A stretch of DNA of 64,000 bases from Leucoraja ocellata (lineage: Eukaryota), in NCBI GenBank assembly GCA_036785375.1, contig JAWMAR010000115.1, positions 4,588,001-4,652,000 on the forward strand, in the 5' to 3' direction. The translations under genes and the position numbers were made by a program. Positions within the stretch are counted from its first letter, which is position 1. Every line of letters begins with the position of its first letter. The notes below the pieces were generated by a model that saw only the letters and a list, made by a program, of their open reading frames with translations, did no database searches and was not told the origin of the DNA. Shown one piece after another: positions 12,469 through 25,071 of this stretch.

Positions 12469-13857
12469 GTATGGTTAGTATAGTAAGACCTGAGTGATCT
12501 CCTGGACAAGTGTCGATCGCCTGGATTGGGGTCGGAGAGGAATTTCCCGGATTTTTTTCCCGAATTGGACCTGGGTTTTTATCCGGTTTTTTGCCTCCCC
12601 CAGGAGATCACGAGGTTCTTGGGGTGGAGAGGGGTGATAGCGGTATAAAGGGGAGGGTAGTGTCTTGTGTTCTGTGTCTTGTGTCTACTGTTTGTGGGTA
12701 AGTGTGTCTGTTTAGTGTTCAGCCATGAGCGAATGGCGGTGCGGGCTCGACGGACCTGGTGGTCTACTCTCGCACCTACTTTCTATGTTTCTATGTTTCT
12801 ATGAATTTCAGAGTAGTACGACAGGTCAGTCCCGAGTCCGCAGCAGTTTATATTTGACCAACAAGACTGAACCGATCGCTGGAACGCAGATTTCTTCCTG
12901 TGTGGAGTAGATGAAATACGCCATCACATTAGTCGCCGAAAGAGGTATAGGGGGCTGGCGCCAGAAAAGGGAATAGCAATTGCAGCGGGAAGTTTGGGCT
13001 GGGTCGCACGAAGGACATAGGACAGAAGACCAGTGGGTAAGAGCGGACATTTTATGTGTGAGTGTGAATGAATATGATTGTAACTAAATGGCCTGTCCCA
13101 CTGTACGAGGTAATTCAAGAGTTCTCCCCAGTTTTCCCCTGATTCGCACTCGGATCAATTCTCTGCAAACTCCTACAATTTGTAAGTCTTTATAATCCAA
13201 GCTCTATAATTAATTTGAATTTGGAATATGAGGTTTGGAAATGGTTGAAGTTTTGGTTGATGTGGGGGTGTTTCACTTTAAACATGCTGAACATCTATTT
13301 CATCAATAATTTCCAGCATCAGTCTCCCTGTGACCACGTGGGTTTTCTATGGGTGCTCCGAATGCCTCCCCACATCACACACGTGCAGGTTTGTAGGTTA
13401 ATTGGCTTTTGTAAATTGTCCCGCAACGGCAACTTCTCCTGCCCGAGTTGCGGGGTTGAAAATTACCTGTAGTGGGGCCTTACACCGCCCGGCACGGCTT
13501 TAACGGCCGCGGGACTTGCTAGCGCCTACCGGGGGCTCCAACATCAAGACTCGGAGCGGGGCCTTACATCGCCCTGCGCGGAACTTGCTAGCGCTCCCCG
13601 GGGGTTCCAACGTCAAGACCCGGAGCGCGGCGGTGCATCGCCCGGCGCATCTTAATGGCTGCGGGACTTACCATCACCCGCCAGGGGCTTTGACTTTGAC
13701 ATCGGGAGAAGATTGGAGAGCAGAAGAGAGACAAGACTTTACCTTCCATCACAGTGAGGAGGAGATTCACTGTGATGGATGTTTGTGTAAATTGTGTTGG
13801 TGTGTTTCTTGTTGTATGACTGCAGAAACCAAATTTTGTTTGAACTTAATTTGAGGT

Positions 13858-14000
13858 TCTTCTTCTTCTTCTTTCGTATGGCGTGCACAGCGCAAAGTTG
13901 TAGGACAACTTGTTCTATTTGATCTTCTGTTTGTGCACGTCGAGTTGATTGCATTAGTCGAAACAGGGCGGACCACGTGAAGATTGCAATCTTCCACCCC
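13858..14000 (-). mobile_element. 143-bp non-autonomous retroposon with HDV-like ribozyme head and (AAG)n tail
   Basis: 9-bp TSD ATTTGAGGT at 13849-13857 and 14001-14009; (AAG)n 3' tail; inserted into the tail of another repeat. Confidence 0.85.
13947..14000 (-). ncRNA. Minimal HDV-like self-cleaving ribozyme (predicted)
   Basis: Hand fold: P1 GGGGUGG/CCGCCCU with G1.U wobble, P2 GAUUGCA/UGCAAUC, P3 AUC/GGU, L3 UUCACGU, single C-G P1.1, P4 reduced to a UUCG loop, J4/2 CUAA containing the catalytic C. Confidence 0.8.
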
Positions 14001-14039
14001 ATTTGAGGTCCAAATGACAATAAACAGTATTGTATTGTA

Positions 14040-16933
14040 AAAACAAGCCTGAAGGCTTTGTGTCTCAATGCAAGGAGCATTCGTAATAAGGTTGATGAGT
14101 TGAATGTGCAGATAGCTATTAATGACTATGATATAGTTGGGATCACGGAGACATGGCTCCAGGGTGACCAAGGCTGGGAGCTGAACATCCAGGGATATTC
14201 AATATTCAGGAGGGATAGACAGAAAGGAAAAGGAGGTGGGGTAGCGTTACTGATTAGAGAGGGGATTAATGCAATGGAAAGGAAGGACATTAGTTTGGAG
14301 GATGTGGAATCGGTATGGGTAGAGCTGCAAAACACTAAGGGGCAGAAAACGCTGGTGGGTGTTGTGTACAGGCCACCTAACAGTAGTAGTGAAGTTGGAG
14401 ATGGTATCAAACAGGAAATTAGAAATGCGTGCGACAAAGGCAAAACAGTTATAATGGGTGAATTCAATCTACATATAGATTGGGTGAATCAAATTGGCAG
14501 GAGTGCTGAGGAAGAGGATTTCTTGGAATGTATGCGGGATAGTTATCTAAATCAACATGTAGAGGAACCAACAAGAGAGCAGGCTATTTTAGACTGGGTA
14601 TTGAGTAATGATTATGGGTTAGTAAGCAATCTTGTTGTACGTGCCCCCTTGGGCAAGAGTGACCATAATATGGTTGAGTTCTTCATTAGGATGGAGAGTG
14701 ACATTGTTAATTCAGAAACAATGGTTCTGAACTTAAAGAAAGGTAACTTTGAGGGTATGTGACGTGAATTGGCCAAGATTGACTGGCAATTAATTCTAAA
14801 AGGGTTGACGACGGATGCAATGGAAGACATTTAAAGGCTGCATGGATGAACTACAAAAATTGTTCATACCAGTTTGGCAAAAGAATAAATCAGGGAAGGT
14901 AGTACATCCATGGATAACAAGGGAAATCAAAGCGAAGGATGATGCGTACAAATTAGCCAGAAAAAGCAGCATACCGGAGCACTGGGAGAAATTCAAAGAC
15001 CAGCAGAGGAGGACAAAGGGCTTAATTAGTAAAGGGAAAATAGATTATGAAAGAAAACTGGCAGGGAACATAAAAACTGACTGCAAAAGATTTTATAGAT
15101 ATGTGAAAAGAAAGAGATTAGTTAAAACAAATGTAGGTCCCTTGCAGTCAGAAACAGGTGAGTTGAGCATGGGGAACAAGGATATGGCGGACCAATTGAA
15201 TAACTACTTTGGTTCCGTCTTCACTAAGGAAGACATAAATAATTTGCCGGAAATAGCAGGGGACCGCGGGTCAAAGGAGTTGGAGGAATTGAGTGAAATC
15301 CAGGTTAGCCGGGAAGTGGTGTTGGGTAAATTGAATGGATTAAAGGCAGATAAATCCCCAGGGCCAGATAGGCTGCATCCCAGAGTACTTAAGGAAGTAG
15401 CTCCAGAAATAGTGGATGCATTAGTAATAATCTTTCAAAACTCTTTAGATTCTGGAGTAGTTCCTGAAGACTGGCGGGTAGCAAACGTAACCCCACTTTT
15501 TAAGAAGGGAGGGAGAGAGAAAATGAGGAATTACAGACCAGTTAGTCTAACATCGGTAGTGGGGAAACTGCTAGAGTCAGTTATTAAAGATGGGATAGCA
15601 GCACATTTGGAAAGTGGTGAAATCATTGGACAAAGTCAGCATGGATTTGCAAAACGTAAATCATGTCTGACGAATCTTATAGAATTTTTCGAGGATGTAA
15701 CTAGTAGCGTGGATAGGGGAGAACCAGTGGATGTGGTGTATCTGGACTTCCAGTAGGCTTTCAACAAGGTCCCACATAAGAGATTAGTATACAAATTTAA
15801 AGCACAAAGCATTGGGGGTTCAGTATTGATGTGGATAGAGAACTGTCTGGCAAACAGGAAGCAAAGAGTAGGAGTAAACGGGTCCTTTTCACAATGGCAG
15901 GCAGTGACTAGTTGGGTACCGCAAGGCTCAGTGCTGGGACCCCAGCTATTTACAATATATATTAATGATCTGGATGAGGGAATTGAAGGCAATATCTCCA
16001 AGTTTGCGGATGACACTAAGCTGGGAGGCAGTGTTAGCTGTGAGGAGGATGCTAGGAGACTGCAAGGTGACTTGGATAGGCTGGGTGAGTGGGCAAATGT
16101 TTGGCAGATGCAGTATAATGTGGATAAATGTGAGGTTATCCATTTTGGTGGCAAAAACGGGAAAACAGACTATTATCTAAATGGTGGCCGATTGGGAAAG
16201 GGGGAGATGCAGCGAGACCTGGGTGTCATGATACACCAGTCATTGAAGGTAGGCATGCAGGTGCAGCAGGCAGTAAAGAAAGCCAATGGTATGTTAGCTT
16301 TCATTGCAAAAGGATTTGAGTATAGGAGCAGGGAGGTTCTACTGCAGTTGTACAGGGTCTTGGTGAGACCACACCTGGAGTATTGCGTACAGTTTTGGTC
16401 TCCAAATCTGAGGAAGGACATTATTGCCATAGAGGGAGTGCACAGACGGTTCACCAGACTGATTCCTGGGATGTCAGGACTGTCTTATGAAGAAAGACTG
16501 GATAGACTTGGTTTATACTCTCTAGAATTTAGGAGATTGAGAGGGGATCTTATAGAAACTTACAAAATTCTTAAGGGGTTGGACAGGCTAGATGCAGGAA
16601 GATTGCTCCCGATGTTAGGGAAGTCCAGGACAAGGGGTCACAGCTTAAGGATAAGGGGGAAATCCTTTAAAACCGAGATGAGAAGAACTTTTTTCACACA
16701 GAGAGTGGTGAATCTCTGGAACTCTCTGCCACAGAGGGTAGTTGAGGCCAGTTCATTGGCTATATTTAAGAGGGAGTTAGATGTGGCCCTTGTGGCTAAG
16801 GGGATCAGGGGGTATGGAGAGAAGGCAGGTACGGGATACTGAGTTGGATGATCAGCCATGATCATATTGAATGGCGGTGCAGGCTCGAAGGGCCGAATGG
16901 CCTACTCCTGCACCTAATTTCTATGTTTCTATG
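14040..16933 (+). mobile_element. CR1 copy covering nearly all of ORF2, inactivated
   Basis: Endonuclease-RT split into ORFs 14058-14762, 14815-15756 and 15826-16842 by stops and a frameshift; TTCTATGT tail; no ORF1. Confidence 0.92.
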
Positions 16934-17260
16934 TATTGTATGTATTGATACAGGGAGCAGTGAGGACAGTAGACATACTGGTAAGGAAAATGAAACCACA
17001 GATATCACTTAAAAAATGCATTGATAGATCATCTTGGATGGTCGATTGAATCAGTAAAGCAGAATGTGGAATTTTGTGGAACATTATTTAGGCACACTGC
17101 TAGCAAAGAAAGCTGCTTAGATGTGAATGTCTTCCGATTAGATACTCAACCTATTGAATGTGACTCTCTTTTTGAACACCGTATTCCAGCACAAAACTTT
17201 GGGGATTCACTTGCTTCAAATGACATTACAGGAAGATCTGTGGCTCTGGTAGCACTGTCA

Positions 17261-18165
17261 GTGGGGGCGCTGCACTGGCGGCAGCCTGTCAGCAGCGTGT
17301 CCGTTTTTTTCAACTTTTTAAAATTTTAAAATATGTTTAAAAGATTGTTTTTAATGTTTCTTTGTGTGTTTTGTGTGGGGGGTGGTGTGGGGGGGGGGGG
17401 GTAAGGGGGAAACCTCTTTGGTCGCCCCCTCCATGGAGAGGCGACTTTTTTTCAGGTCGCCTCCCCCGTGGCCTAACATCGAGGATCGGCGCGGCCTTTC
17501 CCGGAGACGTGCCCGGAGCTTCAGCGGCGGGCGCAGCGTGGACTCTCGGCATGGAGCGGGTGAGCCCTCGCTGGGGCTCGCCGGAGGGGAGCGCTCGGTT
17601 TCGCTGGCCCAGGGCAGCCGGCAGCCTGAAGCAGCGGTCTGCAGAACTCCAGCTGGTGCGGCGTCTACAGCCCGGGATCCCTCGTGGGAGACCCGGGGGA
17701 AGCAGAAGCTGCTACCGCCGGCCCCTGGCCAACTTCTACCGCAGGCGCGGTATAGACTTACCATCACCCCTAGAGGGGAGCTTCGACCGCCGGCCCTGCG
17801 GTCTGCGGTGCTTCCGGCTGCGGCACGGCAGGTACTTTAAAACTTTGACTGCCGGCCTGCGGCCTACACCAGCCTGAAGCCGCGGTCTCTGGTTGGGAAG
17901 AGCCGATCCTGGACTCACCTTGACTTTGACTTTGTCCCTTACCTTCTGGACGCCTGCAGCAATGGCTGTGGAGGGTGGAGGTCCAGACCACGGGGGAAAA
18001 TGGAGGAGGACTGTGCCTTCCACCACAGTGATGAATGCTATGGTGGATGTTTGTGTAAAATTTGTATTGTCGTTTTGTGTTCTTTATTACTGTACCGCTG
18101 CTGGCAACCCAAATTCCACCGACCTTGGTTGTGTGGCAATTAAATTATATCAAATTATATCAATT
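17261..18165 (+). mobile_element. GC-rich ~0.9-kb non-autonomous retroposon, copy 2
   Basis: Aligns by eye end to end with the reverse complement of 1810-2706. Confidence 0.75.
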
Positions 18166-18816
18166 CAATATGTAGATAAACTTTTAGCCTCTCCAGCATT
18201 ATGGAAATGCTATCCGTCTATACGTATTTTGTTCAGATACACAGCCAGGATGTTGGGGATTATGTTGATCAGATTTGAACACCTTTGTAAATTATTGGGG
18301 AATAGAACTATGAACACGCGTCTGCTTTAATCAGTGCAGTTGTACATGAGTTGCAACCTCATATAAAACAAATGTCTTTGTAATTTGCATAAGATGGGAA
18401 ACAACAAACAAATGCAGAGGATGTTTTGCTTGATTAATAATATTGTCAGCGCCAGGCTGAACAACAGCAGCAGAGACCCAGCGAGAAGTATCCTGGTAGA
18501 AACATCATACTCTGAAGGTGTTCGGACCCAAAGTGAAGGATGTTTGGAAAGGGAATTGGAAGAGCTGGGTCACTATGCATGGGCAAGCAAAATAAATGTG
18601 TTTTTTAATTGTGGCAGGCACGGGTTATTGATAGGGGAAGATCAGCCATGATCGCAATGAATGGCGGCATGGCTCAAAGGGCCGAATGGCCTCCTCCTGC
18701 ACCTATTTTCTATGTTTCTATGTTTCTATGTTTCTATGTTTCAGCGACCTTCAAGCTCGAGGGCACTCGCCTGAAAAACCTTGAGCTGGATTGACCGTCA
18801 GCGAAGAAACCGCGAA

Positions 18817-18946
18817 NNNNNNNNNNNNNNNNNNNNNNNNNNNNNNNNNNNNNNNNNNNNNNNNNNNNNNNNNNNNNNNNNNNNNNNNNNNNNNNNNNNN
18901 NNNNNNNNNNNNNNNNNNNNNNNNNNNNNNNNNNNNNNNNNNNNNN
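18817..18946. other. Assembly gap
   Basis: Run of N. Confidence 1.
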
Positions 18947-19617
18947 GAGCACTGTCTGAAATTCACACCCACGATGAACAGGAATGTAAAAGGCGGCTGC
19001 ACGGTGTACGGTAAGTCCTTTAGAGAGCGCGGGGGGGAGAAAACAGAAGGGGAGAGAAGGGGGGAGAAGGAGTTGAGACACTTTTCTCCCGCAATTTTTA
19101 CTCGCGGAAACATTTTCAACATGCTGAAAAATCTTCCTCGACCAAACTGAGGCCGTGAGTATGCGAGAACTTCCCTCGAGCATGAAGGAGAGTTTCAGTG
19201 ACCTCATAAGACCGCCTAGGATCACGTGTCAACCATGCTGCGAGTTTGAATCAAGAGCAAACTCTTCTAAACTCGCAGATTATGTTGCCGCAGTGGGACA
19301 GCCCCTTGAGGTTGCAGCCCCTGTCCATCATCCAAAGGAGCTGTTCCTTGCCTTCTGGCTGTACTTCACACACACCGTACTCATCATTGGATAATCTGTG
19401 CATAGGGGAGAGTGGAGGGATGAAGATGTCCAGGTTGGGTTGCTCCTGGGCCTGGCCAAGCTGGCCATCCGCGGATCACGGTGCCCGGCGCAAGAGGGTT
19501 CTGGGGTTACGTCTATGCCTGGGTGGTAGTAGAGAGGGGCTACGCGCTGTCCACAGGTACCCTGGGGGATTTCCGGGACCGTTTGGCACCGCATAGGATG
19601 GAAGTCATCTTCAATAA

Positions 19618-20090
19618 GGATTGTCTATATCGGTGAGACCAAGCGGAGGTTGGGCGATCGTTTCGCCGAACACCTCCGCTCGGTCCGCAATAACCAAGCT
19701 GACCTCCCGGTGGCTCAGCACTTCAACTCCCCCTCCCACTCCGTCTCCGACCTCCCTGTCCTGGGTCTCCTGCATGGCCACAGCGAGCAGCACCGGAAAT
19801 TGGAGGAACAGCACCTCATATTCCGTTTGGGGAGTCTGCATCCTGGGGGCATGAACATCGAATTCTCCCAATTTTGTTAGTCCTTGCTGTCTCCTCCCCT
19901 TCCTCAGCCCCCCTGCTGTCTCCTCCCATCCCCCAGCCTTCGGGCTCCTCCTCCTTTTTCCTTTCTTGTCCCCGCCCACCCCCGCCACCGATCAGTCTGA
20001 AGAAGGGTTTTGGCCCGAAACGTTGCCTATTTCCTTCGCTCCATAGATGCTGCTGCACCCGCTGAGTTTCTCCAGCGTTTTTGTGTACCT
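19618..20090 (+). mobile_element. Penelope-like element 3' fragment (GIY-YIG endonuclease end plus hammerhead-like 3' repeat)
   Basis: YIGETKRRLGDRFAEHLRSV...VAQHFNSPSH...RKLEEQHLIFRLGSLHPGGMN; CTGAAGA...GAAAC at 19997-20021. Confidence 0.8.
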
Positions 20091-21394
20091 AGGATTGTAA
20101 TATAGTTGTGTAGGTTGTTTGACTTGTATTATGGTGGTGGGTTTTGTTTACTGTAAATATTACTGTTAATAAATTTTAAAAAATCACTGAGGGCATGTTA
20201 AGTACTATTGTGTGTGGGTTAGAGGCAAGTTTATTAGGGCAGGGGGTTTGAGTTATCTCACACATTGTATCCCTGAGCAGCCAATACAAAGCTATAATAA
20301 TTCATTGGAACAATGGAAGGTGTAAAGCTGTGCTGCCTGGGCTTGCACAGGCAGATTGCACAGTGGCACAGTGATGAAGCTGGGAGAGCTGCTGCCTCAC
20401 AACGCCCGAGAACCGGCTCCGATCCTGACCTTGAGTGCTGTCTATGTGGGGGTTGCACATTCTCCCTGTGTCTGTTTCCTCCATCTGCTCCAACTCTGCA
20501 ACTGGTGTGAACGAGTGATCGACGTTTCCATGCTGAATCTTTGAATCAATTAATCGGGCTGCGATCCCCAACGCTTTCCTTTGCATCACATTCACTGGAG
20601 GAGATAAATCAATTATAGGTACTATCATCAAGTCCATGCAAAGAGCTTTCAGTCTCCATTGAAATTCTCTGTTGGGTATTGACTCTTCTGACAGCACAGT
20701 GACTCGCTGCACAGTGTCTGACTGCAGAATAAATTCAGTTGAGTACAATCTTGGAGCTTAACGATTGAGATGTTTATCGATGAAGTTAAACTGTAGAGTT
20801 TATAATAATTGGAGATGCTTTAGGTTTTACTCAGAGAGGCATATTATGTCATTTAGGACCAATGCCCAATATCAGATCGTTCACTTTACTGGGACATCTG
20901 CAGCCTTCGACTCTAACCAAATCCCAAACTCTGTGTGACACCATGCTCTGTGCATGGCCTGCAATCACCCCTCCCCAACCCCCTAACCCAGCTGGAAGGC
21001 TCAGGGCACGAATGATGCGGAAAAGAGAAGCTGATTGAGGGAAAAGCAGGAAACAATCGTACCTAGTGCATGGGGTCTTAAATCTGCCGAGCAGAACCTG
21101 TTGTCATTGGGTGTGACAAAGAAACTTAACATGGGGAGGGCAGTAGATGTTGGCTACATGGTCAAGGGGGTCAATTCCCCCCTATATTCCACCAATCAGC
21201 AACAAACTAGTGGCAATCTGCAATGATCATTGAACCCATTGACCTGTATGTCTTTGGGATGTGGGGGTGTGCATAAACTCCACACTGACAGTGTCTGGGG
21301 GTCAGGATTGAGCCTGAGTCACTGATGCTGTGTGGCAGTGATACTACCAGCTGCAGCACTGTGCTGTTCAATTCTCTTCTTCTCAGGAACTCCC

Positions 21395-21760
21395 TTATGA
21401 TTAAGCGAGACTTGCGTCCACTCCAGTTATGCGAATTCTGAGGTAGCCGCTTACGCCAATGTTGGAACCATAGACCTTTCCATGGATGGGGCAGGAAGTG
21501 TCCGACAAGGCGGGCAGGTCAATGGGTAGATTGTGAGGTGGTGTTCTCCTCCCACTGCTTAAGCAGAATATTTGTCTGTTTCCAATGTGTGGATTAGAGT
21601 GCCCCAATACAATGCCAAATGCTTGTTCTATTTTTGAAGCAGTCATGGACCAGAGATCCCAGGGGTCAGTGAGGAGGTTATATTACCTCAAGCAGGATTA
21701 CGCACACCTGTGATGGTTTTCCTTTTGATTAAAGGGGCATTGGAGTGTCAGGAGGAAGAG
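21395..21760 (-). mobile_element. Old RTE-like LINE 3' fragment
   Basis: CPIHGKVYGSNIGVSGYLRI resembles a degenerate RTE C-terminal CxxC...IGLxSHLR motif. Confidence 0.45.
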
Positions 21761-23800
21761 TTACAGATCATGTAAATCCGGCTTCTCAATGCTTTGAATA
21801 ACCTCGGCATTCACAAGTATTTATTACAATGAAATAAACAATTCAAAATAAAATGATTAAGAATTTTAAAGAAAACAACATGCATAAAATCAGAGAATCT
21901 TTGAAGTAATTAAAACGTTGAGCAAAAGCAAATTGTTAAACTACAAAAAACTGGAGTAACTCAGTGGGTCAGGCAGCATGTCTGAAGAAAAAAGAATAGG
22001 TGACGTTTTGGGTCTTTTTACCTTGTTCTTACCTTTGTTCCTCACCTGAAGATTCCCTGATCAAGGGAATGGAACTGTGTAGCTGCTCCAAGCAGGGCTG
22101 GCCTTATGCCGATTTGACCGATTGCTCCCAATTGGGCCCCACGCCTAAGCGGGCCCCGCAATAATGTTCCGTATTTCGTATGGAAATACGAATTCTCTTT
22201 GTTAAATAAAAAAAATTTTAATTCGCCATCCGGATTCTTTTTAAATGAACATGTATAACAACCGCTGCACGGCCATCAGACACAAACGATTTGTTAACTG
22301 GTACTGTTAGCACTTCTTAACAGCAAGTAGTTAACACCTTGTTATGCAATGTCATCAATCTGCATCCATCCGCATTCCTCAGTAAATGTTATTGTGTTTT
22401 GAACAAGTATTAATGACGCCATGTGCCTTTGAATAAAATTCACGCGGCGTCATTAATACTTGTTTAAAACACAATTACATTTACTGAGGAATGTAGATCG
22501 ATGACATGTTGAGAATTTCATTAAGCTCACCATCATGAGTGAGGGCCCCGGACCGCAAGAAGAGGCTTCTTCCTGGTGTGCAGGTTGGTCATTCTCCTAC
22601 CGACTCACACTGTGTCTCTCTGTGTTTTGCTCCCTCCCTCTCTCTCTCCCCCACTCCCCATCTCGTGTCCATGAGCTGGTTTGAAAGAGCAGGAACATTG
22701 CAATATGACACTCACATTGCATTATTGAGCTACCACCGGGAAACTGGTGAAGACCGCACGATGTGATTGGTGTAATCCGAGTTCAGATGGAATATCAAGT
22801 GCTTAATTGTCACATGCACCAAATGCATAACAATTAACTTCTTATTTGCTGGTCTTCAGTAAATTAATGCAACAACACAACAAATCAATATACAGTATAT
22901 AACAAGGCAATGGGTTTAAAACAGGAGCTCAAGGCAATACAGCTTCTGCTTTTGCTGGAGCCACAATTGGTGGAACTGAATCTAAATCACAGACCGTTAT
23001 TCTTTCAGTATTAACTGTGACAGATGATGCAGACCACAAATGATTCATCTGTTCTAAGATCAGTCATGGAGTCTCTGTGGCCTCCGACACAAAGCTCTAC
23101 GGCAGCAGAAATCCTGGATATGGCACCCATCAGCAGATTTACTTGATATTCTGTGAATCAATTCGCTCCCTTGGCTTTTATGTTCCTGGGAATTGAATAT
23201 GAGTTGGTATGATCACTCCTCATAATTTTACTATGGTCCCAATAATATACTGATGAATCTGGTCATCATTGGTCATAAACAATACAGATGCTTTCTGGTT
23301 ATAGAACACAAAGTGCTGAAGTATCTCAGTGGGTCAGGCAGCATCACTGTAGGTTATGGAGAGGCAATGTTTCATGTCATGACTTTGCATTTTGGATCCC
23401 AAAATGTTGCCTATCCATGTCCTCCAGAGAGTTTGCCTAATCCACTGAGTCCCAGCACTTTTTGTTCTACGCAAGATTCCTGCATCTGTAGTTCCTTGTG
23501 CCCCTTGGCAGGTTGTGTTGCCCAGAATGGCACATCATCTTACAACTGGGGTCTAACCAGGACTTGTCCACATTTTCTGGCATCTCACTTACCTGGGGTA
23601 ATAACTATCTGCTACAGTTTTGGCATCTCCCTCTAATGACTCTCACAACTACATGTTGCCGTTGTTACTATTCATTACCCCTTCAGTCTTTTAAAAAGAA
23701 ATGTCAGCACTTCTTAACTTTCTGATTTCAAATTATGTTTTCAATATTGCACAAATAGAACTGCCCAGAATTCCCTTCAATGTATTCTGATAGCAGAAGT

Positions 23801-23806
23801 TTTATT
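23801..23806 (-). terminator. Candidate polyadenylation signal of the Ig receptor gene
   Basis: AATAAA on the minus strand about 1.2 kb past the stop codon; position only. Confidence 0.3.
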
Positions 23807-25002
23807 TTAAGTTATCAGAGCAAACATAAAACAGTGGAGGCTACTAATCAAGCATCTGCACAAAACAGGAAGGAGCAGTTGGTGTGAGCCAATTTTCACT
23901 TCTGCTGCAAAATGTTGTTTGTGACAAGCATACAAAAGTTCACTATACAAGAAAGAGGAGACACAGGGCATGATCCAAGTCATAAGATATTAAGAGTAAT
24001 GGCCCACTACAGTTGTGAGGAGTATTATCTTGCACAAGAAAATGCTTTTTTACATCTGAAATTGACACCTAAATGTGGGAACTGGTATATTCTCCCGTTG
24101 ATTTTTAAGTTAAACATAATCACTTTCTAAGCTTTCAAATTAGTTATGGATCCTGTTCCTCATTAAGATCCATTCTGGTCCATGCTCCATCTGATAGAAC
24201 CCACTCCTTTTATCTTCTTCCTGTAAATTCTTAATATTCCCCAAATAGTGTGTTTGGTAATACATCATGGGCTCCATCTTCAAAATGCATTGTATTTACT
24301 CAGTAGAGCCACTGTGGTAGCATCTTCCAAACTTACGGCATCAAACAACAAGGGTTTCAGCCACACTGGGTGATATCTTCACCAACTGCAGGATCCCCTC
24401 CAAGTCATACAGCATCCTAATGAGCAATGATGATGACTGAGATTGCAGAGAGTTATGAACGCAGCCCATTCCACCACACAAAACAGACTCACCCCCATTG
24501 ACTCTATCTATACTTCATACTGGCTTGGCAAAGCTGGCAACATAATCAAGGACCACCTATACCTCTGTTATTCTCTTATCGCCACGCTGCTCTTATGCTG
24601 AAGATACAAAAGCTTGAAAGTCCATACACCAGATTCAAGAATAGCGTCTTCCCCACTGTTATCAGACACTTGGATCAACCTCATGCATGCCAGTGATAAA
24701 TGCCCAACCTTCCAATCTACCTTCTTGCAATCCTTGTACATTGTTTATCTGATCTTGCTCTGTCCAGTTTTACAGAACATCTGCAGAAGCAAAAAAGAAA
24801 AGCTGAAATTGTATTCAAAGAAGTGATTCTTCTTTGTAAGTTACTATTTAGAAGTTATGATGAATGTGATGATTTTGTTAACTCTGGGGAAGTACATTCG
24901 TGAAAGTATGTAGAAATTATTAAGTAAAAAAATCGATTCCACAAATTGCAACTTTGCACTTGTCAAAGTCCAAGTCATAAATTTCCACTCTCTTCAGAGT
25001 AT

Positions 25003-25071
25003 TCATGTTTTTGTGTTTGTTACTTGAGCATAGATGACAGATGCCTCATCTTCCTTTGAAGCAACAAGGTT
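25003..25071 (-). CDS. Terminal coding exon with ITIM ([22 protein letters not shown])
   Basis: Strong tttctttctctttcag acceptor, phase 0, V-x-Y-x-x-V motif, TGA at 25005-25003. Confidence 0.82.
   Translation of the reverse strand, partial: NLVASKEDEASVIYAQVTNTKT

Larger units (their letters stand above)
8200..12803 (+). mobile_element. Apparently full-length CR1-clade LINE with both ORFs intact
   Basis: CpG-rich 5' UTR (start approximate), ORF1, ORF2, 3' hairpin and (TTCTATGT)n tail at 12781-12803. Confidence 0.92.

Noticed and set aside
12820-13045. CpG-containing unique-looking segment ending in GG|GTAAG
   Set aside because: Could be an exon, but no open frame or partner exon could be supported.
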